Shown here: positions 31,785 to 41,130 of the stretch, piece by piece | How the letters are laid out: each line of letters starts with the position of its first letter | Position numbering within the stretch: the first letter of the stretch is position 1 | NCBI GenBank assembly: GCA_963812225.1 | Contig: CAWEUN010000004.1 | Location: forward strand, 106,308 to 170,307 | DNA: 64,000 nucleotides | Origin: an uncultured Solirubrobacterales bacterium | GTDB lineage: Bacteria > Actinomycetota > Thermoleophilia > Solirubrobacterales > Solirubrobacteraceae | Direction: 5' to 3' | Notes under the pieces: generated by a model | The model's database searches: none | The model's input: the letters and a program-made list of their open reading frames with translations, nothing else | Told to the model about the DNA's origin: nothing | Position numbers and translations under genes: made by a program

Positions 31785-32290
31785 CATTTGGTTAGGGGGC
31801 GCGCATGGCGCGCCCTGTGGTGTGGCCTCGGTTCGCGCCGGGTCTTTCGCGCTTCGCTGCTCGGTCGCGGTCGAGTGCCGGCCCGAGGGCGCTGTGCGCC
31901 CTTGTGGCTGTGGCGGACGTTCAGCTCGGTGAACGGCAGCAGGGAGAGGGGGTGGGTGAGGGTTTGTTTGTGGGTCGCCAGAGTCCGTGGCTTGGCTTGC
32001 GTGTGGTTTAGCTTGCTCGCGCGCCAAACCCGCGACTTTGTGGCGAGAGTGTCACGGAAAACCTGCATAGGACGTCAACACCGGCGCCAGACCCGAGCCC
32101 TGTCGTATTACGCATGATCTTCATGCATAGCTCGACAGGCCTCGCCATCTGGGGCGGGATTGTCGTGTTATGCAGGTTTTCGACGGGTGCGATGGCGCCC
32201 GCTCCCCTCCCCTTCCCCAGCGCCGTTAATCGGGCCGCCGCGAACCGGGGCCGCGGGCGCTCGAAAGCGCCGGCGGGCCGAGAGTCCGAC
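31785..32290. repeat. Composite nested inverted-repeat element, copy B
   Basis: GGGGGCGCGC-N3-GCGCGCCCTGTGG module; degenerate left IR 31925-31952; hairpin 32058-32180; right IR 32209-32231; GAAA hairpin 32250-32287. Confidence 0.85.
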
Positions 32291-32374
32291 CGCGCCGGCT
32301 CGGACGTGGCGACGACCGCACCGAGACAACCGATTCACCCCCTCCGCCACGTAAGCGGACCGCACGGTCCGGTT

Positions 32375-32845
32375 ATTTGCTGGCTCACTCGCGTTTCGGT
32401 TCACGGGACGTATGTCGGCGACCTGTTGTCGGGGCTGCTGCCGATGAGCATCGGGATAGGCCTGACCTTCGTCCCGATCACGCTGCTCGGCACCGGCGGC
32501 GTTCGCGAGGAGGACGCTGGGCTCGCCTCGGGCCTGTTCAACACGGCCCAGCAGGTCGGCGGCGCACTCGGCCTGGCGATCCTCTCGACGCTCGCCGCCA
32601 GCCGGACGGCCAGCGCGCTGACCAACCACGCGGGGTTGTTCGCCGCGAAGGTCGCGGGCTACCACGTCGCGTTCGTCGCGGCCGCGATCATGCTCGGCGC
32701 CGGCGCGCTGATCCTGGCCACGATGCTGCGCCCGGGCCACGTGCGAGGCGTCGAGCTCGACCTGACAAACGCGTCCGCCACACCGGCGCCGCGGCCATCG
32801 ACCCAGCCGGAGCTGGCGATGGAGTCATCCGGGACCGCGGCATAG
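32375..32845 (+). pseudogene. C-terminal fragment of a DHA2/EmrB-type MFS transporter
   Basis: AGLASGLFNTAQQVGGALGLAIL motif of late MFS helices; the N-terminal two-thirds are missing and repeat copy B lies in their place. Confidence 0.75.
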
Positions 32846-32851
32846 GACAAT

Positions 32852-33529
32852 ATGGACGCGATGGGATCAGAGGACAGGCACCTACGGGCCGATGCCGAAC
32901 GCAATCGCCACCGACTGCTCGAGGCGGCCGAGGCCCTGTTCCGTGAGCGCGGGCTCGACGTCGGCGTCGGCGAGATCGCCGAGCGTGCCGGCGTCGGGCG
33001 CGCCACGCTGTTCCGCAACTTCCCGTCGAAGGAGCACCTGATCGCCGCGATCGTCGTCGAGCGGATGAACGACGCGATCGTGACCGGGCGGGAGCTGCTT
33101 CAGGCACCCGATCCCGACGAGGCGCTGTTCGAGTTCCTGGACAAGATCGTGGGCCGCCAGCAGATGGACCGGTCCCTGTCCGAGGCGGTCGCCGACACGT
33201 TCCTGGCGAACCCCGACATCAGCGCGGCGTACACGGAGCTGATCGGCGTTCTCAATGAGCTCGTCCAGCGCGCCCAGGATGCTGGCGCGGTCCGCGCCGA
33301 TGTCGGCGCGCTCGACATCATCTTGCTGGTCAAGGGGGTCAATCAGGCGGCCAGCGCATTTCAGGGCCTCGACTCCGAGATCGCGGAACGGCAGTTCGAT
33401 CTCGTGCGCATGGCGTTGAGCGCGAACCCGAGCGTGCAGCCCCTGCGCGGCCGCTCGGCGACGCTCGGCGACCTGCAGCAGGCATTCCGTTCGGCCGACA
33501 CCGCCGAGCGCGCCACCCAGCAGGGCTAA
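32852..33529 (+). CDS. TetR-family regulator
   Basis: LRADAERNR, EIAERAGVGRATLFRNFPSKE. Confidence 0.92.
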   Translation: MDAMGSEDRHLRADAERNRHRLLEAAEALFRERGLDVGVGEIAERAGVGRATLFRNFPSKEHLIAAIVVERMNDAIVTGRELLQAPDPDEALFEFLDKIVGRQQMDRSLSEAVADTFLANPDISAAYTELIGVLNELVQRAQDAGAVRADVGALDIILLVKGVNQAASAFQGLDSEIAERQFDLVRMALSANPSVQPLRGRSATLGDLQQAFRSADTAERATQQG

Positions 33530-33535
33530 GACCAC

Positions 33536-33598
33536 GCCCCACGCACGACCGGGCTAGAGCCCGCCCCACGCACGACCGGGCCCGCCCCACGCACGACC
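33536..33598. repeat. Three direct copies of GCCCCACGCACGACC
   Basis: Seen directly after the TetR stop codon. Confidence 0.7.
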
Positions 33599-33726
33599 AC
33601 GGCCACGGACTTCCGCCCGCGGCCGCGGCCTACGTTCTGAGGCTGTCGCGTGAGCCGCTTTGCTGCACGGCTACGCGATCGTGCTCGATCGGCGTCGCCT
33701 GAACTCCGTCAGGCTGCGTGCCGGAG

Positions 33727-33957
33727 CTACGCGCCGACGTCGATCGCTCGTCTGCGCCGTCCGCGATAACCGGATTGCTCGGGGGAGAGACGACGGCGGT
33801 CGAGAGCCGGAGGGCGCCGCGCTCGCGCGACAGCGCGGTTTGTCAGATATGTCGCAAACGGACGGTCGGAGATGATTCCCCAGGCGCATACGCCAACTAT
33901 CGCCAGCACGATGCCCGTGATGAGAACGACGTTCAGGATGATCATGGTGCTCGGCAT
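33727..33957 (-). CDS. Small single-TM membrane protein (76 aa)
   Basis: MPSTMIILNVVLITGIVLAIVGVCAWGII plus a basic tail; GAGAGG RBS upstream. Confidence 0.6.
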   Translation of the reverse strand: MPSTMIILNVVLITGIVLAIVGVCAWGIISDRPFATYLTNRAVARARRPPALDRRRLSPEQSGYRGRRRRAIDVGA

Positions 33958-34118
33958 TCTTGGACCTCTCTTTCTCGGTTCGGGGTTATTGGAGTACTCG
34001 GAACTCTTCCCGCATCGCGCAAGGCGAACCTCGGAGTCGCGTAAGAGCGATGTAGGAGGTTGAATCGAGTGGCGGCTGCCGGCACTCGAGACCGAGGGGC
34101 GGCTAGGTCGAGCCGCGG

Positions 34119-34850
34119 TCAGGCGGTCTCGCCCACACCACCGCCGGCGTGCTGCTGCGTCCATGCGGGCGACGCGGAGGGATCGAGCCGATAGCCCAGG
34201 CCGCGCAGGGTCGTGATGGTGATCGCGGAGCCGAGCTTGCGCCGAAGCGCAGCCACATGAACGTCCACCGTCTTGGGGCTGATGGCATCGGTGCCCCAGA
34301 CGAGCTCGAGCAGTTGCTCGCGGGTGTGGATGCGTCCGGGGTAGCCCAGCAGCGCGGCAAGCAGGTCAAACTCGCGGCGGGTGAGGTCCACCTCACGTCC
34401 GCCGGCGGAGCAGCGCCGCGCGTCGAGCTCGAGCTTGAGCTCCCCGGTGCGCAGGACCGTCTGCTCGGTCTCGAAGCCCCGGGCACGCCGCAGCTGCGCG
34501 CGCATGCGGGCGGTCACCTCGGGCATGGAGAGCGGCTTGACCACGTAGTCGTCGGCGCCCGCATCGAGCTCGGCGATGCGCGCCGCCCCGTCCCGGCTGG
34601 CGGTCAACATGATGATCGGTACCGTCGACTCGCGCCGCACGCGGCGTACCAGCTCCAGGCCGTCGATCTCGGGAAGCATCGGATCGACCAGCGCGATGTC
34701 GACCGTCCCGCGGCGCAGCATGAGCAGGGCCTCGAGGCCGCTGGACGCCTCCAGGACCTGGAATCCGTCCCCTCGCAGGTACGCCGCGACCGCCTGCCGG
34801 ACGCTGGGGCTGCTCTCGGCCACCAGTACACGCGCACCGCCCATCCCCAT
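34119..34850 (-). CDS. Orphan OmpR-family response regulator
   Basis: Receiver plus winged helix (TLRGLGYR); acidic pocket altered (AESS). Confidence 0.88.
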   Translation of the reverse strand: MGMGGARVLVAESSPSVRQAVAAYLRGDGFQVLEASSGLEALLMLRRGTVDIALVDPMLPEIDGLELVRRVRRESTVPIIMLTASRDGAARIAELDAGADDYVVKPLSMPEVTARMRAQLRRARGFETEQTVLRTGELKLELDARRCSAGGREVDLTRREFDLLAALLGYPGRIHTREQLLELVWGTDAISPKTVDVHVAALRRKLGSAITITTLRGLGYRLDPSASPAWTQQHAGGGVGETA

Positions 34851-35069
34851 GTGCTACCCGACCACTCGCTGTGTCATGGCGTACCACTGCCGTGCCGGGA
34901 AGTGACACACCATGACAATGGCGGCGATCCTGAATCTGGCCATGTCGCGTCCGCGGGGGCCGCGCTGATGGCTACCGCGCTCTTGTGATCCGTACAGCAC
35001 CAGATCCACGCGGGAGGGCCGCGTTGACTGGCCCGGCTCATTTGGCCGTCATCTCGATGGGCGGCGGAT

Positions 35070-35996
35070 TCAGCGCACGGCCGCATCGATCGCGACGGCG
35101 ACGAAGAGCAGCGCGAGATACAACAGCGAGAAATGGAACAGCAGGGCGGCGCGCGCAGGCGATCTCTCGCGCCAGAGCCGCCAGGCGAGCACGCACAGCA
35201 CTCCTCCCAGGATCGCGGCTCCGGCGAGGTACACGAGCCCGAACGTGCCGACCGCTCCCGGCAGCAGCGTGACCGCTACGAGCACGATTGAGTACCAGAA
35301 CACAAGTCGGGCGGTGGCCCGCGGCCCGCGCACCACCGGCATCATCGGCACCTCCGCCGCGGCGTAGTGGCGAACGAGCAGCAGCGCCAGCGCCCAGAAG
35401 TGTGGCGGCGTCCACAGCAGCACGATCAGGAACAGGAAGCCGGCCCCGAGTCCGAGACTGCCGTGTGCCGCCGCCCAGCCCGCGAGCGGCGGAATCGCGC
35501 CGGCGGCGCCGCCGATGACGATGTTCTGGGCCGTGCTTCGCTTCAGCCAACACGTGTAGACGACGACGTAGAACGCCCCGCCGCCGAGTGACAGAACGGC
35601 GGCCAGCGGATTTGCGAACGTGGTAAGCACGGCAAAGGCGAGCGCCGAGAGCACCAGACCGAATGCGGTCGCGCGCGCCGGGCTGATCCGACCGGCAGCC
35701 ACCGGCCGCGACGCGGTGCGTGGCCCCATCAACCTGTCGATGTCGCGGTCGAGCACGTGGTTCAGCGCGCTCGCCCCGCCGCACGCCAACGCGCCCCCGA
35801 TGACCAACGCAGCCAGCGGCACGGGCGCGGGCGCGCCACCAGCCGCCGCCACCATCGCGCACACGGCAGTTAGGACCAAGAGCGACATGATCCTGGGCTT
35901 CGTCAGCGTCACGTAGTCGCGCCACGTTCCGCTCGCGCGTCCAACGTGCACGGGCACAGGCCCGGGCAGCACCTCGACGAAATCGCTGACCGCCAT
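35070..35996 (-). CDS. ctaB: Protoheme IX farnesyltransferase (heme O synthase)
   Basis: LTKPRIM, NHVLDRDID..M..T..RP, WTPPHFWAL. Confidence 0.95.
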   Translation of the reverse strand: MAVSDFVEVLPGPVPVHVGRASGTWRDYVTLTKPRIMSLLVLTAVCAMVAAAGGAPAPVPLAALVIGGALACGGASALNHVLDRDIDRLMGPRTASRPVAAGRISPARATAFGLVLSALAFAVLTTFANPLAAVLSLGGGAFYVVVYTCWLKRSTAQNIVIGGAAGAIPPLAGWAAAHGSLGLGAGFLFLIVLLWTPPHFWALALLLVRHYAAAEVPMMPVVRGPRATARLVFWYSIVLVAVTLLPGAVGTFGLVYLAGAAILGGVLCVLAWRLWRERSPARAALLFHFSLLYLALLFVAVAIDAAVR

Positions 35997-35998
35997 CC

Positions 35999-36694
35999 TC
36001 AGGATCCCGTGCCCCTGGCGAGCGTATGCAGGTCGCCGGTCACGTAGCGCGAAAGGAACGGATACATGTAGCCCGACCGCATGTAGCCGCGCCGGTCGAC
36101 CAGATAGACCGCCTCGGTGTGGACGATGTCCCCGTTCACCGGGTGCGGTGAGACGTAGACGTGGTATGCCGCCCACACGGGCGCCAGTTGCTGGCGCGTG
36201 CCCATCAGCCAATGCCACGGCGCCACCGAGGCCAGTCCCCAGGCTCTCGCAGCCTTTGACGCACTTCCCGGCGTGTCGAGCGGGTTGACGCTGACGGCCA
36301 CCAGCACGGGCCGCTCGGCGAGCGGGAGCACCCGCTCGGCCGCCACCAGCGCCCGCCCCTCGAGCGGGCACTCCTGGTGACAGTGCGAGTCGAAGAACGC
36401 GATCGCGACCGATCGGCCGCGAAGCGACGCCAGTGAGAACAAGGTCCCGGTTTGGTCACGCAAGGTGTCGATCGTCGGTGCAGGCTGTGTTCCTGCGGCC
36501 CAGGCCGCCTCGCCGTGCATGCCGAAGCGTGTGGAGGCGATTGCGGGTGTCTTGGCCGTACTGGCCCTGAGCCGGTGCACGCCGAATCCCACGCCCACGC
36601 CCAGCAGTACGACGACGAGCAGCGACGCGGCGATCCTGGCGGGTCGCAGCGTCGCGGGCCGCGAGGCCCAGAGGGTGCCCGCGCCCGCCTTCAT
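35999..36694 (-). CDS. SCO1/SenC copper chaperone
   Basis: N-terminal TM, CHQEC (CxxxC), distal His in IVHT. Confidence 0.9.
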   Translation of the reverse strand: MKAGAGTLWASRPATLRPARIAASLLVVVLLGVGVGFGVHRLRASTAKTPAIASTRFGMHGEAAWAAGTQPAPTIDTLRDQTGTLFSLASLRGRSVAIAFFDSHCHQECPLEGRALVAAERVLPLAERPVLVAVSVNPLDTPGSASKAARAWGLASVAPWHWLMGTRQQLAPVWAAYHVYVSPHPVNGDIVHTEAVYLVDRRGYMRSGYMYPFLSRYVTGDLHTLARGTGS

Positions 36695-36903
36695 TACTCG
36701 CCGGGCTCTGGCGGGAGCGTCTCGTGGACGCTGGGCCCGGGATTCGCCGCAGCCGGCGCGGTGGCGGGTTCGGACCGCTTGGCGTCGTGCACGCGTACCG
36801 AGTACCACCAGTACCACAACACCAGCGCGACCAGAAGCGTAACGGGCAGCAGCAGCGTAAGCAGCGCGCCGGCGAGGAAGTCTGCGATGGGAAGCAACGG
36901 CAA
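36694..36903 (-). CDS. Small single-TM protein, possible oxidase subunit IV
   Basis: 69-aa ORF with GGAGGAG RBS, inside the oxidase operon. Confidence 0.55.
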   Translation of the reverse strand: MPLLPIADFLAGALLTLLLPVTLLVALVLWYWWYSVRVHDAKRSEPATAPAAANPGPSVHETLPPEPGE

Positions 36904-36916
36904 GTCTGTCTCCTCC

Positions 36917-37732
36917 TCAGGTCGTGAACGCCGCCGGGGCTGGGCCAGGCGAGCGGTCCGGCTCCAGCCACCGATAGAAGCCGATGATGAACGTGATCGT
37001 GTACGCGATCGACCCGGGGACCCACATCACGCCGGCGGCGAGCTGCTGATCGGTCAGCGCGCTGATCCCCCCGGGCCGGACATGAAGCGCCGCGTAGTAG
37101 CCGTAGATCGGGTGCGGCACGATGACCAGCGTGATGGCCAGCAGCCAGCCCACGATCATCGCGCCGGCCGCATAGGCGACCCGGGCCGGCCAGACGAGAC
37201 GCGGGCGCAGCGGCCCGGGATCGATCACGCGGGCCCAGAACAGAAGGCCGAAGAAGAAGAACATCGCGTGCTCGATCGCGTGGATCACCCCCGATGTCAG
37301 GGTGGCGTCATACGCAGCGGGGATGTGCCAGCCGAGGAACGTCACGTTGAACAGGATCCAGGCCGGGAGCGGCCGCGCGAGCGCGCGGACGGGCGCCACC
37401 CAGCGCGAACGGGCGATCGTCCGCGCAATCTTCGTGCGCGGCTCGAGCGGGAGCGCGCGCCACATTCTCGGCCACGGCTTCCCGAGCAGCATCAGCGGTG
37501 GAGCGACGGTGAGCAGCAGGACGTGCTGCACCATGTGCACCCAGAAGAGCTGGTCGGCGTAGTAGTCGATCGGCGAGTTGAGGGCGATGACAATGGTCAG
37601 CAGACTCGCGAAGAACGCCAGCGCCTGCAGGGGCTGCGGCCGACCCCGCCCCCGGCTGCCGACCACGTACAGCCCCGCGGCCAGCGCCACGTATAGCAGC
37701 GACGGGTCGAGCGACCAGGCCGTCCAGGACAT
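36917..37732 (-). CDS. ctaG: Caa3_CtaG-family cytochrome oxidase assembly factor
   Basis: HMVQHVLL, WHIP, EHAMF, DQQLAAGVMW. Confidence 0.9.
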   Translation of the reverse strand: MSWTAWSLDPSLLYVALAAGLYVVGSRGRGRPQPLQALAFFASLLTIVIALNSPIDYYADQLFWVHMVQHVLLLTVAPPLMLLGKPWPRMWRALPLEPRTKIARTIARSRWVAPVRALARPLPAWILFNVTFLGWHIPAAYDATLTSGVIHAIEHAMFFFFGLLFWARVIDPGPLRPRLVWPARVAYAAGAMIVGWLLAITLVIVPHPIYGYYAALHVRPGGISALTDQQLAAGVMWVPGSIAYTITFIIGFYRWLEPDRSPGPAPAAFTT

Positions 37733-37734
37733 GC

Positions 37735-38361
37735 TCAGTCGACGAGGTACAGGAGGATGTAGGCGAGCACGCCGATCGCGACGAAGTAGGCCCAGTAGAA
37801 CGAGGAGGCCTCGATGCCGGTTAGGAGCAGCGTGGTCTCACTCGTGGGCACTTCCGTTTCGCGCATCTTGCCTTCCCGCCGCACGCGCCACAGGGTCGCG
37901 ACCTGTATCTCGATCCAGTACAGGCCCATCAGCGCCGCGATCGCGTAGGTCGCCGTCCATCCGAAGAACACCGCGGCATAGCCGCCCTGGGAGGCGCCGA
38001 AGTCGAGGACGATGTATTCGATGAACTGGAGCACAACCGCAGTGAGCCCCATGAGGACGGCGATTATCCCCGCCGCCATCGTGTCGCCGACCGGACGCCT
38101 CGCCGCCAGCCGGTAGATGATCGCGCTGAACAGGAAGAGGGCCGCGATCGCGATGCCGATGCCCCCGTCGGGGACGACGTGGCCGATCTTCCAGTTGTGG
38201 TTCAAGTCGAGCGCCTGTAGGTAGAAGAAGGCGAACACGAACGCGGCGAAGAAGAAGGAGATCGCGCCGCACAACAGGCGCCCGCCGAACCAGATCGCGC
38301 GGGGCTGCCACTCCGGGGGCTCGGCTTCGATGTGATCGGCGGTGGGAGCGGAGGCTTCCAT
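37735..38361 (-). CDS. Heme-copper oxidase subunit III-like (short, divergent)
   Basis: About 5 TM; Q.IEY..LDFG...GYAAVFFGWT; YWAYF; follows subunit I. Confidence 0.75.
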   Translation of the reverse strand: MEASAPTADHIEAEPPEWQPRAIWFGGRLLCGAISFFFAAFVFAFFYLQALDLNHNWKIGHVVPDGGIGIAIAALFLFSAIIYRLAARRPVGDTMAAGIIAVLMGLTAVVLQFIEYIVLDFGASQGGYAAVFFGWTATYAIAALMGLYWIEIQVATLWRVRREGKMRETEVPTSETTLLLTGIEASSFYWAYFVAIGVLAYILLYLVD

Positions 38362-38364
38362 GAG

Positions 38365-40269
38365 TTAGGCACTCCCCCCCGCAGGCGCCATCAGCGGCGC
38401 CCTCGCCGGCGCCGGCTCGCCGTACGGATACGGGTCGTGGTCAAACACGGGGATCCGATCAAAGTCGTGTAGGGGCAGCGGCGTGGGCAGCTCCCACTCG
38501 ATGCTCTTGGCGTGCCACGGGTTGACCTTGGCCGGCTCGCGCTTAATCAGCAGCGACCACACGACGTTGAACAGGAACACGAGCATCGAGAGCCCGATGA
38601 AGTAGGCCGAGACCGACACCCAGATATTCAGTCCTTGCCATGCCGGGTTGTAGGTGACCACCCGGCGTGGCATTCCCATGAAGCCGAGCGCGAACAGCGG
38701 CGCGAAGGTCGAGTTGAAGGCGATGAACAGCGTCCAGAAGTGGATCTTGCCCAGGCGCTCGTTGAGCTTCCAGCCGTACATCTTCGGCACCCAGTAATAG
38801 ATCGCGGCGAAGAACGCGAAGATCAGGCCACCCATGATGGTGTAGTGGAAGTGCGCCATCACGAAGAAGCTGCCGTGGGTGGTGATGTCGCTGGGGACGT
38901 CGGAGTTGAACACGCCCGAGATTCCGCCCCACAGGAAGTTGAAGATCCACCCTAAGCAGAAGAGCATCGGCACGGTCAGCCGTATTCGCCCGCGCCACAG
39001 CGTCCCCATCGCGCACAGGAAGATGAACCCCGTCGGCAGCGAGATCACCTCGGTGGAGAGCATGTAGAACGGCCGCAGGTCGGCGTTGATGCCCGACACG
39101 AACAGGTGGTGCTGCCACACGAAGAAGCTCAAGAACGCGATGCCGAGCAGCCCCGCCACGGCCAGCCGGTAGCCCCACAGGGGTTTTCGGGAGAACACCG
39201 GGATCAACTCGAGCACGATCCCCATGCCGGGCAGCGCCAGGATGTACACCTCCGGGTGGCCGAACACCCAGAACAGATTCTGGAACAGGTAAGCGCTGCC
39301 GCCCTGCCCGGGAATGTAGAACGCGGTCTGCACGGTCCGGTCCGACGCCGCCATCAGCAGGGCGGCGATCAGCATCGGCGCCGCCAGCACCATCAGCCAC
39401 GCCGTCGTGAACGCCCCCCACACGAAGATCGGCAGCCGCGTCCAGGTCATACCCGGCGAGCGCATCGTGGTGATCGTCACGACCAGGTTGAATCCGAACA
39501 GGGTCATCGACAGGCCGACCAGCGCGAAGAAGCCGATGTATGCGTCGTAGCCGGCGGTGCCCTGTGCCCCGAGCGGCTGGTAGCCCGTCCAGCCGGTCTG
39601 GAAGCCGCCGAAGAAGATCGTCGTGAGCAGGATCACCTCGCCGGCCATCAGCAGCCAGAACGAGAACGCCGAGACTCGCGAGAACGCCAACCGTCGCGAG
39701 CCGATCATCAACGGCACCAGGAATGTGGCAAACGGCCCCAGCAGCCCCGACGTCATGGTCCCCATCATCATCGACCCGTGCATGCCGACCAGCGTCAGGT
39801 ACTGGTTGGCGCCGAACACGTGCACGTTGGGCTGGAGCAGCTCGGTCCTGATCAGCATGGCGTTCAATCCGGCGACGAAGAAGAACAGCCCGATCCCGAC
39901 CATGTACTGCTTGGCGACGACCTTGTGGTCGGTCGACAGCGTGAAGTACCGGAAGAGCCCGTCCGCCTCGGACTCGTTCTCGGCCAGCGACGGCGGATGC
40001 CCGAGCAGCCGCTTGAGCGGATAGTTGGCAAAGCCCAACCCCACTAGGAAGCCGACCACGCCGAGGAAGTAGCCGAGCATGATCGCGATGTCGTTCTCGC
40101 CCGACTGCGCCGAGTAGTACGCGAGGCCCTGGCCGGTGAACCGGTCGCCGATCCAGTGGCCGACGTACCACCCCACGATCCCCAACAGGATCCCGGTGAG
40201 CATGTTGAAGCCGATCAGCCTTCGCCAGCCGGTTGGCCTGGCGGTCGCCGGCACTGCAATCGCGCTCAT
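38365..40269 (-). CDS. coxA: Heme-copper oxidase subunit I (A-type core, N-terminal 2-TM extension)
   Basis: MHG, GHPEVY, WQHHLF, AHFHY, GMPRR. Confidence 0.95.
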   Translation of the reverse strand: MSAIAVPATARPTGWRRLIGFNMLTGILLGIVGWYVGHWIGDRFTGQGLAYYSAQSGENDIAIMLGYFLGVVGFLVGLGFANYPLKRLLGHPPSLAENESEADGLFRYFTLSTDHKVVAKQYMVGIGLFFFVAGLNAMLIRTELLQPNVHVFGANQYLTLVGMHGSMMMGTMTSGLLGPFATFLVPLMIGSRRLAFSRVSAFSFWLLMAGEVILLTTIFFGGFQTGWTGYQPLGAQGTAGYDAYIGFFALVGLSMTLFGFNLVVTITTMRSPGMTWTRLPIFVWGAFTTAWLMVLAAPMLIAALLMAASDRTVQTAFYIPGQGGSAYLFQNLFWVFGHPEVYILALPGMGIVLELIPVFSRKPLWGYRLAVAGLLGIAFLSFFVWQHHLFVSGINADLRPFYMLSTEVISLPTGFIFLCAMGTLWRGRIRLTVPMLFCLGWIFNFLWGGISGVFNSDVPSDITTHGSFFVMAHFHYTIMGGLIFAFFAAIYYWVPKMYGWKLNERLGKIHFWTLFIAFNSTFAPLFALGFMGMPRRVVTYNPAWQGLNIWVSVSAYFIGLSMLVFLFNVVWSLLIKREPAKVNPWHAKSIEWELPTPLPLHDFDRIPVFDHDPYPYGEPAPARAPLMAPAGGSA

Positions 40270-41108
40270 CCTGCCCTCCTCAGTGGCACTGGGAAGTAGC
40301 TCTTCGAGTACGGCGGCAGCTGCTTGGTCGCCGGCGCGAACTTGATCCTCTGCTGGGCGATCCAAGCGGCAAACCGCGCCTTGGAAACGACATAGCCTGT
40401 GTCGAACATGTAGCCGTGCCACACGCCGCACAGCTCGGCGCAGCGCACTGAGAAGGTGAGCGGTCCCTTCGTCGTCACGTAGGCGACGTTGTTGACGCCC
40501 GGATTCGCGTCTGCCTTTACGCCGAGGTCATACGCCCAGAACGAGTGGATCACGTCGAGCGAGGTCACGTTGAACTGCACCAGCGTGTTCGCGGGCAGCT
40601 CGAGATGGTTGGTCTCGACTCCGCCATAGCCCGGGAAGCGGTAGTTGAACTGCCACTGCTGCGCGACCACCTGGACCACGAGCCGCTTCCCGCCCGCGGG
40701 CACCGAGGGAATCGCGATCGGGTTCGGACCCTGACCGCCGCCGGCTCCATCGGCCAAGAGTCTGATCGTGCCATAGCCGGCCAGGAACAGCACGAGCGTC
40801 GTCGTGACGATCAGCCACCAGAACTGCACGCTCGAGTTGCCGCGAATCGGCGGCCCATCGAGCACCACCTCTGGGTTGCGCTCGCGAAACGCCCACAGCA
40901 CGTAGCCCAGGTAGACGAGGACCCCGAGTGCCACCGGTGTAGCCGTGGCCAGCAGCACCGTGTTGTCGGTGACCTGCCCGGACGACTCGACGGTTCCGTT
41001 ACCGGGCGGAAGGCCCGGGCCGAAGACGAAGATCACGATCGGGGTCATGATCACGGTGGCGAGCAGCCACAGCAACACAACCCTGCGGAAGTGGTTGGTC
41101 TCGTCCAT
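40266..41108 (-). CDS. coxB: Cytochrome c oxidase subunit II (CuA), no fused cytochrome c
   Basis: DVIHSFW...CAELCGVWHGYM. Confidence 0.95.
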   Translation of the reverse strand: MDETNHFRRVVLLWLLATVIMTPIVIFVFGPGLPPGNGTVESSGQVTDNTVLLATATPVALGVLVYLGYVLWAFRERNPEVVLDGPPIRGNSSVQFWWLIVTTTLVLFLAGYGTIRLLADGAGGGQGPNPIAIPSVPAGGKRLVVQVVAQQWQFNYRFPGYGGVETNHLELPANTLVQFNVTSLDVIHSFWAYDLGVKADANPGVNNVAYVTTKGPLTFSVRCAELCGVWHGYMFDTGYVVSKARFAAWIAQQRIKFAPATKQLPPYSKSYFPVPLRRAG

Positions 41109-41130
41109 CCTCAGCTTCCCGCCGGCTTGC

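Noticed and set aside
33536-33598. Possible CRISPR array
   Set aside because: 15-bp repeats with very short uneven spacers and no cas genes; a simple tandem repeat.
38365-40269. Nitric oxide reductase or cbb3/ba3 assignment
   Set aside because: HPEVY with Tyr and Glu, plus a CuA subunit II and a subunit III, fit an A-type oxygen reductase core.
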